DNA of 63,340 bases, counting the filler, from Phoronis australis (Eukaryota > Animalia > Phoronida), in assembly GCA_002633005.1 (NCBI GenBank). It is 7 parts of 7 records of this genome, joined end to end, with 100 filler letters (N's around TTAATTAATTAA, not from the genome) between each part and the next. Parts side by side here need not be neighbours in the genome. Positions count along the whole stretch, not along the records: positions 1 to 26,280 come from NMRA01000787.1; 6 more parts are not named here. One strand, 5' to 3'. The notes beneath the pieces are model-generated. The model made no database searches. It saw only the letters and a program-made list of their open reading frames with translations, and had not been told where the DNA came from. Both the position numbers and the translations under genes were made by a program. Shown piece by piece: positions 12,621 to 25,543 of this stretch (position 1 is its first letter; the number at the start of each line of letters is the position of its first letter).

Positions 12621-12967
12621 ACGTATCTCTTTGAAAAAAACACAGGATGATGGAAAAGAAAGAAAAAGAAAACAGCAAGACGATTATCTACTGGCAAGAA
12701 AAAAAAAGAAAGCTAGTACTTTTATGCAAAGTTGTTTTCTGTTAGCTTCATTACAAGTTTATTAACAGGCCACTGTATGAGTTCCTGTTGTGGTATTTGG
12801 CATGCCTAAAATGATAAACTAGACCATGGTTAAGTGAGAAAATGCAATGCGCTATATTTTCATTGAAATGGGTTCCAAATGGCTGTGAATGGCAATATGA
12901 GAATCAAGTTGTCTCGCTATTTGTTAATGGCGTTCGCGACAGAAACAGAAATAGGCGAGGTAATCAT

Positions 12968-13234
12968 CATGCGCGCACTCAGGGGGGAATGGGGAGGGGG
13001 GCTCGTAGGAAACACCCCACCACCACCCCCCTATTTGGTGAAGTGGGCAAAAAGGTCTGCCTCGGAGAAGCGTGAAGACTGACAAAATGAGACAAAAGTC
13101 CGAAAACACACGATTCAGAGCTCTGAACATGTTATTACATTTTTCATTTAGTTTTACTGCTTTTTTGTTAGTGAAAGGTTCACATCAGTCGTCAGAAAGT
13201 CTATCCCCCATTTTTAATGCTGGGTGCGCGCATG
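12968..13234 (+). mobile_element. MITE, CATGCGCGCAC-TIR family
   Basis: CATGCGCGCACTCAG ... CTGGGTGCGCGCATG; no intact TSD. Confidence 0.85.
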
Positions 13235-15488
13235 AGTCCTGTCCAAAAAATTTGTCACTTTCAATGTCTTAAGTGTAGTGCCATTTACCTATTATAAATC
13301 CCATCTTATAAATTCAGATATCAACACCCATGAAAATTAAGCGAGAGCACGCAGAAGTTGCAAGGAGAAATTCAGAAAATTGCAATATACCAGTTGCCGT
13401 GAGGGCGCGTTCTCGAACAAAGAAGGGCAAGGATACAATGCTCCAAATCAATGAATAAGATCAAGCAAAAAGTAAAGGCCTTGTGAATAAGCAACCCTTA
13501 CAAATGAAGACCTTACGCCTGACTCAATGAGCAACTTCACTTGGGAACAGTTATGTTTGCAGCTGGAAACTGCCGCCCCCACATTGTTACAAGTATTCAG
13601 GACTATGTCATCTAGAAAACTTGAACCTTGGCCACTGGTGCCACCACTGCTCTCCTTATGCTGCCTTTTGTACATTTTGGAAAATCGCCGATCATTCAAG
13701 TTTTTGCTGAAGTGGACCAGCCTACAGCTATTTACTGCGCGGACATAGCAAGATGGTGAGTAAACAGAAATTCTCCTCTGTGATACCGTTTTCAATTTGT
13801 TCTGTAGAATTATTAGGAAAAAGGTTTTCGCATACATGATAGCTTCATTGAAAACTTCTATTAGGCCTAATAAGTATACCGGTGGACACTTCACTATTTT
13901 TGTGCCCTTGGGAGAAAGGACGCACACTCTTTCAAGACTAAAATCTCCCTCCTTGACATGGATCGCTTAGATATCTTTGTTGGTAAAGTCGCATGATTTT
14001 CGGACGGCCCGCCATTTCTGACCAAGAATAAATATTTTCAAAATTAGTTTTTTAAGATCCACTAAGTTCGTACAAGGTCCAAATCTGGTATTCAATGGTA
14101 CACCAATTTCGGACACTGTCACAAATACCCAACAATGCGACCCGCGATATTCGTACAAAGAAATATTGATGTTGGTGACATCGTTCAATCGAGCACTGAA
14201 ATCTTGACTTACACTAACGAAACACGCTACAGTTGCTGTGTAATTTTACGGCAGTCATAAAGCTGATGAGCTCGTAATACAATTCCTCGTTGCCTGTCTT
14301 TCAATTGTTTGTATCTACGTACCTTGTGGCGAATCATGCTACGTTTCTATTAAATGAATCATTGACCTTATAACGAAAATTCTTGTTGCAGGTTTCTGAA
14401 AATGATGAACACCAAGCAAATGAAAAAACTTAACTTTTCGTTGCAGCGCCACTGAACTAACAAATGACCTTTACATTCTGCGTTTTATTATGTATTGGCA
14501 CTTAATATTCATTCACTAATTTTGTTCCGTTCAGTTCTGTTGATTATTACGTATTTGCACGCCGCACAACTGAACTTGACAAAAGATAACTAAAGGTGAG
14601 TTTAACGTCTGTCATGAGGGGAACGTAGTAACGGCGACTGAAACGATTTCCATAGATTTGTTACATTTTCTTGCCGTGCTAGTGGGAACAATTTGTGAAT
14701 TTCGTTTCTATGGTGTCTACAGTCGTGCACTGATTGGCTTGATTTTTACAACTCGACTCATCTCAGTCAAACGGCGTCTCAAATAGTTAGTGAAGATGTG
14801 GAAAAATTCAGCAAACTACCGATCAGCTGCAGTAAGCCGAGCAGTACAAGTCCAAGTAACTCATTTTATAATTTTTGTTAACCAACAGTTCCAGTCTCAT
14901 CAGCATTTTTATGACGGTGGACTATCACCTTCCCACGGCCATTGGGTGACTATGTGGTGAGTTACATTGAACGAAGTATACCGTTCCTGCAACGCACGGC
15001 AGGATAATAGAAATTCATTAGAGTATATTGTCTCATTGCAATGAGGCCTGGCAACTTAATGTGATAATAATTAGAATTTGTAGCTGAGTCGAACATATTT
15101 ATGGCAATTTCAAAAATGCTAAGCCGCACGCTCGGCTGGAAGTCTGGAAGGTATCATATGGCAAGTGTTCGCTTTCATTTTTGAAAAATATCGAAGAGCA
15201 TCATAGAACCAGATGGAAACACGTACGGTACTGTTTGGATGTGAAGATGTCATTAAAGACTGTAAGTTTTGTACACTTTGAAATTTGTCGATAGGGCACA
15301 GCAAGTGACTGATCTATATTCTTGACTCCACGCCTGATATGTACCATACATCTTAACCATGTTCTTACATAATGGATGGTTGTGGTAAATGCCAATGTTT
15401 CCTGGAAGAGTCCAGTTTCATTGGACAACAGGCCGCGGACAAATAGTATTTCAACAGTTCACATATAGAGAGTCACAGAGTAGCTATC

Positions 15489-16220
15489 ATGTACGAAACG
15501 AGATTCAGAGCAGTCATGAGAGGGTATCACATATACAAAATCTATTGGACACATTACGTAAGAACATGGTTAAGATGTACGTATTGGATGGTTTTCGAAC
15601 GTACGAAGGATTGCAAGCAGATCTACATTGTTCACACCGTACGTTCGAAAACAATCCAATACGTTTATGGATTTTTGTAGTAAGGTGGAATTTGGCAACG
15701 TTTTTGGTACTCTTACTAAAAATCATGAAGTCATTTTTCACATTTCTGTCCCCACAATACATGGGCGGCGCACCATAGGGGGCTGGGGGCTATAGCCCCC
15801 ACTTTTTTCAGTGCTACGCCGCACATGGTCTATAGGCGACGCACCACAGGGGGTTGAGGGGTCTTTAGCCCCCGACTTTTTAGTGCTGCGCCGCCAATGC
15901 AATGGTGTACTAGAATTCGTTCTACAGCAAACATAAACAAATTTCATTGCGTTTCAGGTGCAGCTTCATACGATAAAGACTGTGTTCATCTCAAAAAGAA
16001 TAACATAACCGTGGGTCACATTCCTCAAGAAATTTCGCGAATGTGCAGGCAATTCATCAAGCACGGGGGGCATATAACATGCAACATAACGGGAAGAAGA
16101 CGAAGCCCTCACAGAAATGGTGGACTTGACGATTCCCATGTGAATATACTTTTCGATGCGAGAGAACGAATTGTGGATGTTATGCTAAATAAACTTCAAT
16201 CTGTAACAGGAACGTGGTGA
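15489..16220 (+). pseudogene. HIRAN-like domain ORF in two pieces (15489-15557, 15958-16220), degenerate
   Basis: VMRGYHIYKIYWT, then YD..CV..VGHIPQEISRMC..FIKHGGHI...ITGRRRS..GGL; donor GTAAG at 15558 and acceptor TTTCAG at 15957. Confidence 0.7.
15760..15899. mobile_element. Two tandem ~68-bp mini-MITEs
   Basis: CATGGGCGGCGCAC...GTGCTACGCCGCACATG (15760-15827) and a diverged copy (15831-15899). Confidence 0.65.
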
Positions 16221-17733
16221 TTGATAGCTAACTCGCGTAGGACATTGCTTTTGGAGTGGTTGATATGTACTTACTTGTGATACATCGTGGTCTTTGTTAA
16301 TGCATTTGTGTACGTATTTGTTAATACATGTCTGAAATTCTTCCTGGGTTATTGTTTTGTTGTGAAAATTACCTCCTGTTCTACCTAGAATGTCAAACAG
16401 TAACATCAGTTGTAAGCGTGGCGCATGGATGGATTATGTGTTTAATTACGAAACTACGTGCATAAATGGCAAAGCGGCTGAAAACAAAATGTATCTATCT
16501 AACGATTATAACGATCTTTTACAAGAATGGGGTGGCATTGACATCAAAAAGGGTTTAAACCACCAAACTTTTCCTTGTGAAATATGTTGGGAATTTTAAG
16601 GAAACTTCATGTTTTGACACTAACAACTATCCCTCCCATTTGACGTTTATACTTTGGTTTCAAATTATATTTGCCAAATTTGGAATCCCACTGACTACGC
16701 TCAAACTGTTTGCGTACGCTCTAATATCGTGTCAGCCAAGCTGGTTCGATTGCCCGCGTCCCACAACTCCGTCTTTGGTAAGATGCCGTAGTTGCATTAA
16801 ACTACCGCTCATAATATCTATTTCAGTTACGTCATATCATTATACAGTACACGGTGTCCTAGCAGGCCGTTTCATAAACTATCATTTTTGTTACTACATG
16901 GTCTCATCTGGAATTCAAAAATCAAAGTATATGTGGTCCATAATTTTTTACAGATCTTTGTGTTGGTGTTCCCGCACTGGTTGAATAAGTTTTAAGAACA
17001 AATGAACTAACATGAATAACGAAGAAAATGAACACTAATCGCTTTTTGGAACCGGTTCTGAGTACACGCAACTTTTCGACACTGAAAAACACCACTTCTG
17101 TGAAGGCCACCGAAAAGCACTTGGTTTATTTACACGAGCTGTCAATGAACAACCCCCCCAGAAACTGTTTGTCGTTCTTGCCGGACTTCATGTCAATATA
17201 ATGAAAAAAGGAACTGCTGTAATATTAACTTTTCTTTAAGATTTTTTATAGATGTTTGAAACTGGTTCCCAGCCTATGCAACTTTTCGGCACTGCAGTGA
17301 ACTGACAGCAACGCCTTGTAAAGACCACTGATACACGCCAGGTCTGTTTCCACTTGAGCTGAAACATTGCCTCTTTAATCTTTTGTTCGACGCGGCCCAG
17401 AAGGCTTAGTACCCCGTGTTAAGCCGAAGCCTGTCGGAAACACTGGTGGTATTTGGCGACAACTTGTACCGTCAGACCACAACGTATTGTTCTTGATACC
17501 CTAATCCCTGGGAGCGCAAGCTCTGGTAATGACGTCGTAGAGTACATTAATCGAACTCTTTAAAGCGATCAAAGAATTGCCGAAAATCTCAAATAAAAAC
17601 AAGGAGGGCCGTTTGGAGACTGCACTGGGTCACTTTTACGATAATTAGGCTGCTGGGGTTCTCTGGTGCTTCGCTCAGTCTAATATAAAAATGCGTGTCC
17701 ACAAGAGTCCTGCCAGTAGTCAACCCGTTCATC

Positions 17734-19974
17734 ATGAGTATACTAAATTATTTCAAGCGTTCAAGCAAGCCTACTATTCCAGACAATATGTGGGAGCTAA
17801 GATCGCCCAGTCCTGCTCCACCATCGCGACCAGTTGGCCGACCCAGAAAGTGTCAACATGAAGTAGTGCCAGATGAGACGCCACGCCTGCTAATGAAGTG
17901 CAAAGGTCGGCGAGCGCGGAACCACAAGAGCCACAAAACAACAGAAGAAAAAGAAAATAAAGGAAGTACAGCAATTTCACTGTAGCTGAGAAGTTAAGTC
18001 CTAGAAGACATAGAGAAATTTGGCGTCCGCCCTGTATCCCACATGATGGACATTCCAAAGTCCACTCTCATGACGTGGAAAAAGAACGGAGGGAAAAGGA
18101 AAGTGTACCCCGTAGAATCGCACATGCGAGCCTACTCCCCAGCTGTCAAAGCTCAACTAGTAACGAGTATTTTAACAGACCGCGACACAAACTTGCCAGT
18201 TTCACCAAAGATTATCAAGGCAAAGGCATTGGCACTAGCGAGAGAACACGATCCGCAAACAACGGTTCGCGGCAGTCACGGTTGGTGCAGGCGTTTCATG
18301 AAACGCAACGGTCTCAGCGTCAGACGGGGCACCAAATTTTCCCAAAAGCTTCCGGCCGACTTGGAGGAAAGGTTAAAATTTTTCCAGTACATCTCACTGA
18401 AACCACCCAGATGATGGAGTTAGAAGACTGGTTTATCTTGAACATGGACGAGGTACCCATGAGATTTGACATGATTCCTACTAGAACAGTCGACATGACT
18501 GGAAACAAGGACATCCTGATGTTCAGCAGAGGTGGAGAGAAAAAACCTTCACGGTCGTGCTTTGCATTGCTGCCGACGGAACTAAACTAGGAAGCATGGT
18601 GATCTTCAAAGGTATGTTTCTGAAACAAATCGCACAAGTTGTTTAACCAAAAGAACAATTTATCCCGTTAGCAGAATTCTTAATTCAAACTAGTCTTCAA
18701 TTTACTACTACATATTACATTTTCATTGGTATGTGCTTACTTGCAATGAGTGTTGTTTTTCTCCCATCTTACTCAAACTATGAATTTGTTACCGGCTGGT
18801 AATTCGAAACTATACCTACAAATTGTCATGTTACCGTTAATATTACCACATTTGTCAATGCTATTTCAGGGATATACGTAAAGACTAATATTGGTTTCCA
18901 AATTTGCTTTTCTTTCATTTCGTTTATTATTTTAGGCATTCGACAACCCAACATTGAACTTCCCTCTGGGTGGAAGGCTGTCACAAATAAACACGGGTGG
19001 ATGAACGCCGAATTGATGATCACGTGGGTGAATGACATTATCCGTCCATACACCGAGCGTCGTCCGTGTCTGCTAGTGCTAGATAGTTTCTCTGGGCACC
19101 TTACCGAAGGCGTTCGAGCTGCTATGGCTCAAAACAACGTCACGTCAGCGTTCATCCCTGCTGGGTGTACTTCCAAGCTTCAACTTCTTGATGTGGCAGT
19201 GAATAAGCCATTGAAGGTAGGGACGGTTTCTGCAACACTGGTTATGCTTTGAAAGTAACTGTTTCCAAACAAGTGTTTAAAAGCAAGTAATGATTTAAAC
19301 ACGTGATCATTAAGACTGAATGAAATCACTATTACTGCGACTCTATATTTTTACACGATTCCATTTTTCTATACTGTTATGTTGTGGGGGAGTTTTTTTT
19401 GTAGCTTTTGTTACATAGACATTGTATCGGACCTGACGTGCGTTCAGTAACACAAGGACCTACGCTATGACCTAGCTAAAAACTAGCCGAAGTCGCGCGT
19501 TCTCAATTACAATACACGGCAGTATCTCACGTAAGTCTCGTGAAGTCTTGCTTTTTAGAGAGGTCTAAGTGTTACTGAACGGGAGGCTGGTAATGCCATC
19601 CTAATGGTATAAACTGCATGTTTTTATAGCCATTCAGATTATAACTCGTTAACAGCTTTGTGAATATTTTTTCAAAGGACAAGCTGTGAGAGAGTTGGTG
19701 CGATGACGTAAGAAATCAAGTGCGCGTTCTGGTCGAAGCGGGTCACCCAACCTCCATGAAACCGGCAAGCCAGCAGTCTGTAGTTGACTGGCTGCACCGG
19801 TCGTGGGCTGAAGTTGATGACACCATCGTAAAGAAGTCGTTTCTGGTCACCGGAATCTTACCCACTATCAACGAATCAGACTTGCCCAGTCTACGAGAAA
19901 TTATAGGGTCAGACAATAGTGATTCAGACTTTGAGGGTTTTGCTTATTCAGAAGACGACGATTTTAGTGATTAA
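17734..19974 (+). pseudogene. pogo-family (CENP-B-like) DD35D transposase pseudogene with two introns (exons 17734-18611, 18936-19216, 19678-19974)
   Basis: HTH GSHGWCRRFMKRNGLSVR; NMDE, LVLDSFSGH, LQLLDVAVNKPLK with 35 residues between D2 and D3; IVKKSFLVTGI; TATAAAA at 17684; AATAAA at 20098; frameshifts and an in-frame TGA at 19687. Confidence 0.92.
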
Positions 19975-22900
19975 AGTAACGTATTAAAGTTATGATGGAA
20001 ATTGGTTGTATAAATATTTATGTTGAACTTTTGCTCTTATCATTGTTGTATTCGTAAGTTAGAACTGGTATGCATTTCAAACTTGATGTTGAATGAAAAT
20101 AAACGTGTATAAAAACATATATTTCATTGTACACCTGGTGTATAGTTCATAACGATTTTGGCAGTGACAATGTTTTGATGGTCGGGAACCCTCTTTGTGC
20201 GTCGAAAATGCAAGTCCAGTTTTTTAACAGGGAAACGTCATTAAAAATGTTATTGAGGCGCTTTTTGTGCGTTGCCAACGCAAACTTGACATTTTTTTGA
20301 AAAGCGCATTTGAAAAAAGAATCATCAGTTGTCGGGAACGTTTCGTTTGCGTCAGCAACGCAAACCATTCCCACTCATTGGAAAGCCGATATTTGTCACC
20401 GGGAACACTCAATTTTCAACACAGCCCGGTACTTCAAGTGAGATAGCGCATCCGTCACTTGCCGAGAAAGGTTTTTGAGCATCGGCAATTCACATTGAGA
20501 AAGCGCATTTTTGAAAACAACCAACACTTGTCGGGAATGTTCTTTGTGCGTCGAGAACGCTCATTTCTTATTGGGAAAGTCAGTTTTTCAAAAATAATCG
20601 CGCAGACCATTTGAGTCTCATTGACCAGTAATTGCAGGCCTACGTCTATCAAATGACCGCACCATCAATGTTGATTCAATGACCGCTCATCGAATGTACA
20701 CCCACGAAATTCAGACACGAGCAGAAATCCAAGGTCGAAGGCCTGCCAAAGTCGCACACCACAAAATGATACTTCGCGAGATTCGTCCAAGAATGATTTT
20801 TTTGTATTGGAATTAATTTTCAGTGTCCGAAAATCACGCGACTTTTCCGTAGTGTTGACAGTCACGTGATAGCGTTTCCAATTCAGAAAATCAGCTATGT
20901 TAGCATCACTGTTTCATGCCTCATAAACTGTACACATTGGCGTATTTGGGGTTACGTTAGTGCAATCACGATTATCGAAGGACAGCTTGTCGTCGTTCAA
21001 TCTGCCCTTCTATTAATAACATCCATGTGTGCACTGAACAGAGACTGTTCTTACTTAACAGATAATATAACTGTTCCTATCACCCCGAAATAATGCTAAT
21101 TCAAAATCAACATTATTTTCTTTCTGCAGTTAATGGAGTGTTTTAGTCGCCTTGGGGTATGTCAGGGTGTGGAAAGCACAAAGCGGGTAGCCTCGGCGAT
21201 CGGCAACTCAGTTTTGACTACGGTAAAGACATGGAAACATTATGCAGGTATTCTCATATGAATTGGCTTTAGGTTTGACGGAATATTTGACAGACATCTA
21301 AGCTCAAACATTATGCTTTTGTATGAGCGGGTATTACTTCAAGTTAATAACTAAAAGGTTGCAGTGGTATTATTAAATGTTTCCTTTACGCTATTCTTTC
21401 GCACCTTTTAGTCGCTATGATCAAAAGCTGATGTTTGTTTTATGTACCCTGTTGTACATCATGAGGCGTTTTTGTATTGCCGCTCGTTTTATATTCTCAA
21501 ATTTAACATAATATAGGAAAGTACGGTAACATTTCATACAGAGTAGTTTAATAAGCATTTTAAATATGTTTCGCTTAGTTAATAGCAATGTTGATATTAT
21601 TTGAAGAATTCAGCATTATTTTATATTGAACTATTGCCAGTCATTTAAGTTAGGCAATTGGAAACGCATTCAAGTTATGATTTTACTATTGTTTGCACAG
21701 AATTGAGCGTTTATATTATAGTTATGTGTAACTTTTTAAATACTTATTCAAGAATAATCATTTTAGGGGTCTTTGCCAGACAACGATGACCCATCCCAAA
21801 CAGGCAGCGATGTTTCTCCAGTTGTCTTGACATCCGCAGTAAGTTCGTTACACTACATTTTGACGTAAATGGCGATTGAGAGTGGTACTTTTAAAAAGCT
21901 GAAAACCCTTGATTTGCGCCACCATGTACAATCCAATTAATTTTTGAAATTTCAGGAAAGTGATGACGCAGGGTCCGTTCTTGTGGACGAAGCTATGGTT
22001 CCCGAATCTACAGTTAGTGCTCGTACCACTCTGCATCACAGCCCTCAGCAGTCAGTGCATCAAGATCTACAAGAAGACACAGTGCCATATTCTCCAATTA
22101 CTGTGAGAGCTCGGCGTGTCATTCCGTTTCACAGACCCTTGACCCCGCAGACTGTTTAGTCATGAAATACGTGCAACTCAGTATTCGCAACTCACGCAGG
22201 CTGTTCATTTCATTCAACAGAAACAGGTGACGACAGGCTTTTCAAATGCCATGCTGTTCCGCCCTGAACCCTTGACGCTTCAGTCTCCTGAAGATGTTTG
22301 CACTCCACCATTCTGATCATCCCCAATGTCCGTGGTCCAAACACCCAGTTCTGCCCAATCAACAGCCACTTTTAGTTACGGACACGTGCCTGATCCAGTG
22401 CTGAGCAGACGGCGGTTGTTTCTTTTACCTGACGATGACTCCTTTCAACAAACTGGTAAGTGTAAGTTCATCTTCATAAATCGGATTTAAGGGGCCAATT
22501 TTTAGTTGAAGTTTAACCTTAGTAAATCAAGTTTAAATGTGCCCGGCATTTCCATTGTTATACAAGACATTTTACAAAAATGAGAATGCTGGTTAACAGA
22601 TTTTGATGTGATGTAAACAATATAAAGTTTACACCGACCAGCAGCGAGTTACCATCGTAGGCGTTCAGAAAGTTCATTTTAGTGGGGTCAACCCCATCGA
22701 TTGATGACAGGGTTCACCTCCTGCCATCAATCACCAACAACTTTCGTTCGGAGATGGAAATATTTAACCTCCACCCCCCGTCGTCAACCGTGAGTGGTTA
22801 CTTCATATGAATGAGGGGATGGATTTAGTCACCCCTTTCCTATCCTTTCTAATTAATATGATAATCATTTTTTCAGTTCCGGGCTATTCTTTTGTATGGG

Positions 22901-23792
22901 ACAATGTAGGCAAGATGATTAGCCGAGAAAAGGAAACCACTGAAAACACCAGCGTGATGGCCATGTTTGCAAACACTCTTATCGTCAGGAATAGGGTGTC
23001 TTTTCGGCCTCTCGATGACATTTCTTGGACATGCCGAAATGCTGGTGATATTCCTACTATTGTGTTCCTTCCTAGCCGGTGGATTATGAAGAACTACAGA
23101 TTCGCATGGTTACTCTTGTCAAAAGAATCTTGGTCACTCACGCACCTCGCTAGATGAGATTTTTCGATGACGTTGTATGGCACATTCCTCACGATTTTTC
23201 GGATCAGTCATTGCAAAAAAGTGTCGTGGTGAGTACAAAATTGTTGTGTTTATTTACTTACAATTATTGCGATTGTATGTTTTTTAATGTCAAAACATGC
23301 GTATTACAATTTTTTCAGTTGCACACCGGGGTGATAAGTGGAGACCCATCGTCAACAAAAGGTGTATTGCACATCATGAAATATCTCAGTGCCTACGTTC
23401 CATTGCGCGACGGCGAGAACGGTGAGCCGTACACAATCGCTGTACATGGGGATCAGCTTTCATGTGAGCGGATGGTTGACTGTCACTTGGGAATGGGACA
23501 CAACAACCAACCACACAAAACTCTTAAAGGGTTAGAACCATGGCCAGGAGAATTTCACCACAGATGCATTCACTTGCAGGTGAGACTGAAAACAGTTTTA
23601 CGTCCTGTTATGTATAAACTCTCGGATAGAGTGTGTTATAGGGCAATACAGTTGTAGTAGAACATTATCCGAGAAACCAAGGAGTCATTCTTTACATAAA
23701 TTTTTTCGTCACTCGCTAAAAAGTTACCTCGGGTTTGCGTTGCAGGACACAATGAACGAACTGTTCAAAGGTTCGTCGTTGACAGAGCGCGG

Positions 23793-24186
23793 TGTGATAT
23801 ATCAATGGAGTCGTGTCCCGTAGTCTGAAGTTTTGATCTAAGGTGGATCCAGTCTGCCTTGGTCTCAGCCAGTGCTTTAAATATTAAACTAAGTGGCATC
23901 ACGGATGGACCCACTCTGTATGTACATATATGTCCATCTCTCTATGACGAGCTGAATATACCGAACTAACTGACCACGCGATGGACCCACTCTGCATGTA
24001 CATATATGTCCATCTCGCTATAACTCAAAATTCTTGCATAGCTGCCACTGTTCCTGTATTATTGCATAACTGCCACTATTCCTGGGTTTTCAACATCAGA
24101 GTACTATTCCTGGATTTAACTACCTCAGAGATAGCATATCCCCTGAAATTTATTGCACATGGAGGGCATAGCCTCATTATGTTACA
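23793..24186. mobile_element. 394-bp insertion with TG...CA ends (possible solo LTR) splitting an Academ exon
   Basis: Removal rejoins SSLTERG to STLCHVKNV in frame; ends TGTGATAT / ATGTTACA; internal ~45-bp duplication at 23905 and 23981; no TSD. Confidence 0.55.
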
Positions 24187-25543
24187 CTCTACCTTATGTC
24201 ATGTCAAGAATGTGATGGGTCTACGTTCGGTAAAGCAGCACGTAATGGAAAATGTCTACAACTCGATAAACCTAACAACCGACGGTGATGTCTGCCTCGC
24301 AGCAATGCGGCGTGCTGGTGTGTCGGATTTAGCTCAGTTGGACAGTGATTCCCTTGACGACTTGTCATCCAACGTTGTTGCCGACCTTTGGCCCTACATA
24401 GGGGGCATGACGTTGACGCACAACGCCCAGGACGATGAGTCGGAGATAGAGTTTTGTATTTGCAACGGGGGAAGAAGCTGACTTGTGTAAGAATATGCAT
24501 AAGCTCACTAATGAAGCGCAAATGTTCCTGATAATGATTAGACCCTGTACAAACATTGAAGCCAGCGAGAGTAGTGTAGGTGCTTGCCAGCATGCCATGT
24601 GTGTGTCATCCCACCTAGGACATTCGCTGTAGCTACAACTTGTGTTCTTTAATGTACGAATCTCTTGCGTTCTATATGCAATGCAAACTAATGAAATGTC
24701 ACATTTAGTTCTTTGGTTCCTCTTATTGGAGTTTGGTATGAAACTCATGGCATCAGCACAAACCGGTACATGAAATTGAGTATCGGAGCATAAAACACAT
24801 ACACATACAAGTTTTTTCAAGTAGGCCTAGGCCAAATCATTAACTTAGATTGTGCTGATGTTTTCATTGCAGACGCTTCAGACACGATGACTCAGTGCAC
24901 AGCGGAACATCTCTGCCAACACTGGATTTGGTACCATCTCGCATGCATAAGAATGGCCGCCGAAAAGATTCCAAGTGGAGACTGGTGGTGTTCTGAACAG
25001 TACAAGGAGAACTAAAAACGCCTGCAAGGTAGCCCCTCACAGGACGATCACGTACAACAGTACACAAAATCCATGTTGTGGCAGGGCCTGTTATATCGAG
25101 TACGTGTTAGCGCTGAAAGAGAAAATGACGGTAGGTTCTTAAATACGTTGTGGAAACTAGGCGTCCCTCAGCTATGGAAACACAGTCACTCCAAATATCT
25201 CATTTTGCGTCATCGAGTCACTGCAGATTAGTCACACACTAACGTCTATTTTGCTAACGACACGCATTGGCGTTTGTAAAACATTAGCGGTGTGATGCCG
25301 TGCGCGCACTTCATTGACTTAGGATCTTTTTACTGATAACTTTTATGCTTCCATACTGCGAAAGATAACATTTACATGTATTCACATAACCGTATTCCGT
25401 GGTCTAATCGCATTTTTTGTCCGTGAATGTCATTGTAACTGCAAGTCGTGTATACAGCTCATGTGGTCACAGTTTCGGTGTTGCAAAATGGGAGTGTCAC
25501 GTTTTTCCCCGTGTGTGGGTGGGCGCAGGTGGTTACCAACCGG

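Larger units (their letters stand above)
13318..25227 (+). pseudogene. AcademH-type transposase with PHD finger (AcademHP-like), multi-exon and degenerate; coding pieces about 13318-13755, 21130-21247, 22877-23228, 23319-23579, 23746-23792, 24187-24470, 24872-25227
   Basis: FTWEQLCLQLETAAPTL; FSRLGVC; FVWDNV; HIPHDFS; VHGDQLSCER; LEPWPGEFH; PHD pattern FCIC / C..C..WYHLAC..P.GDWWC; DHVQQY..GL..ERENDG..WK..HSKY. The link to the 13318 exon is the weakest part. Confidence 0.78.

Noticed and set aside
12790-12808. TTGGCATGCCTA as right TIR of the hAT or of the 8090 element
   Set aside because: Poor match to either left end and no TSD
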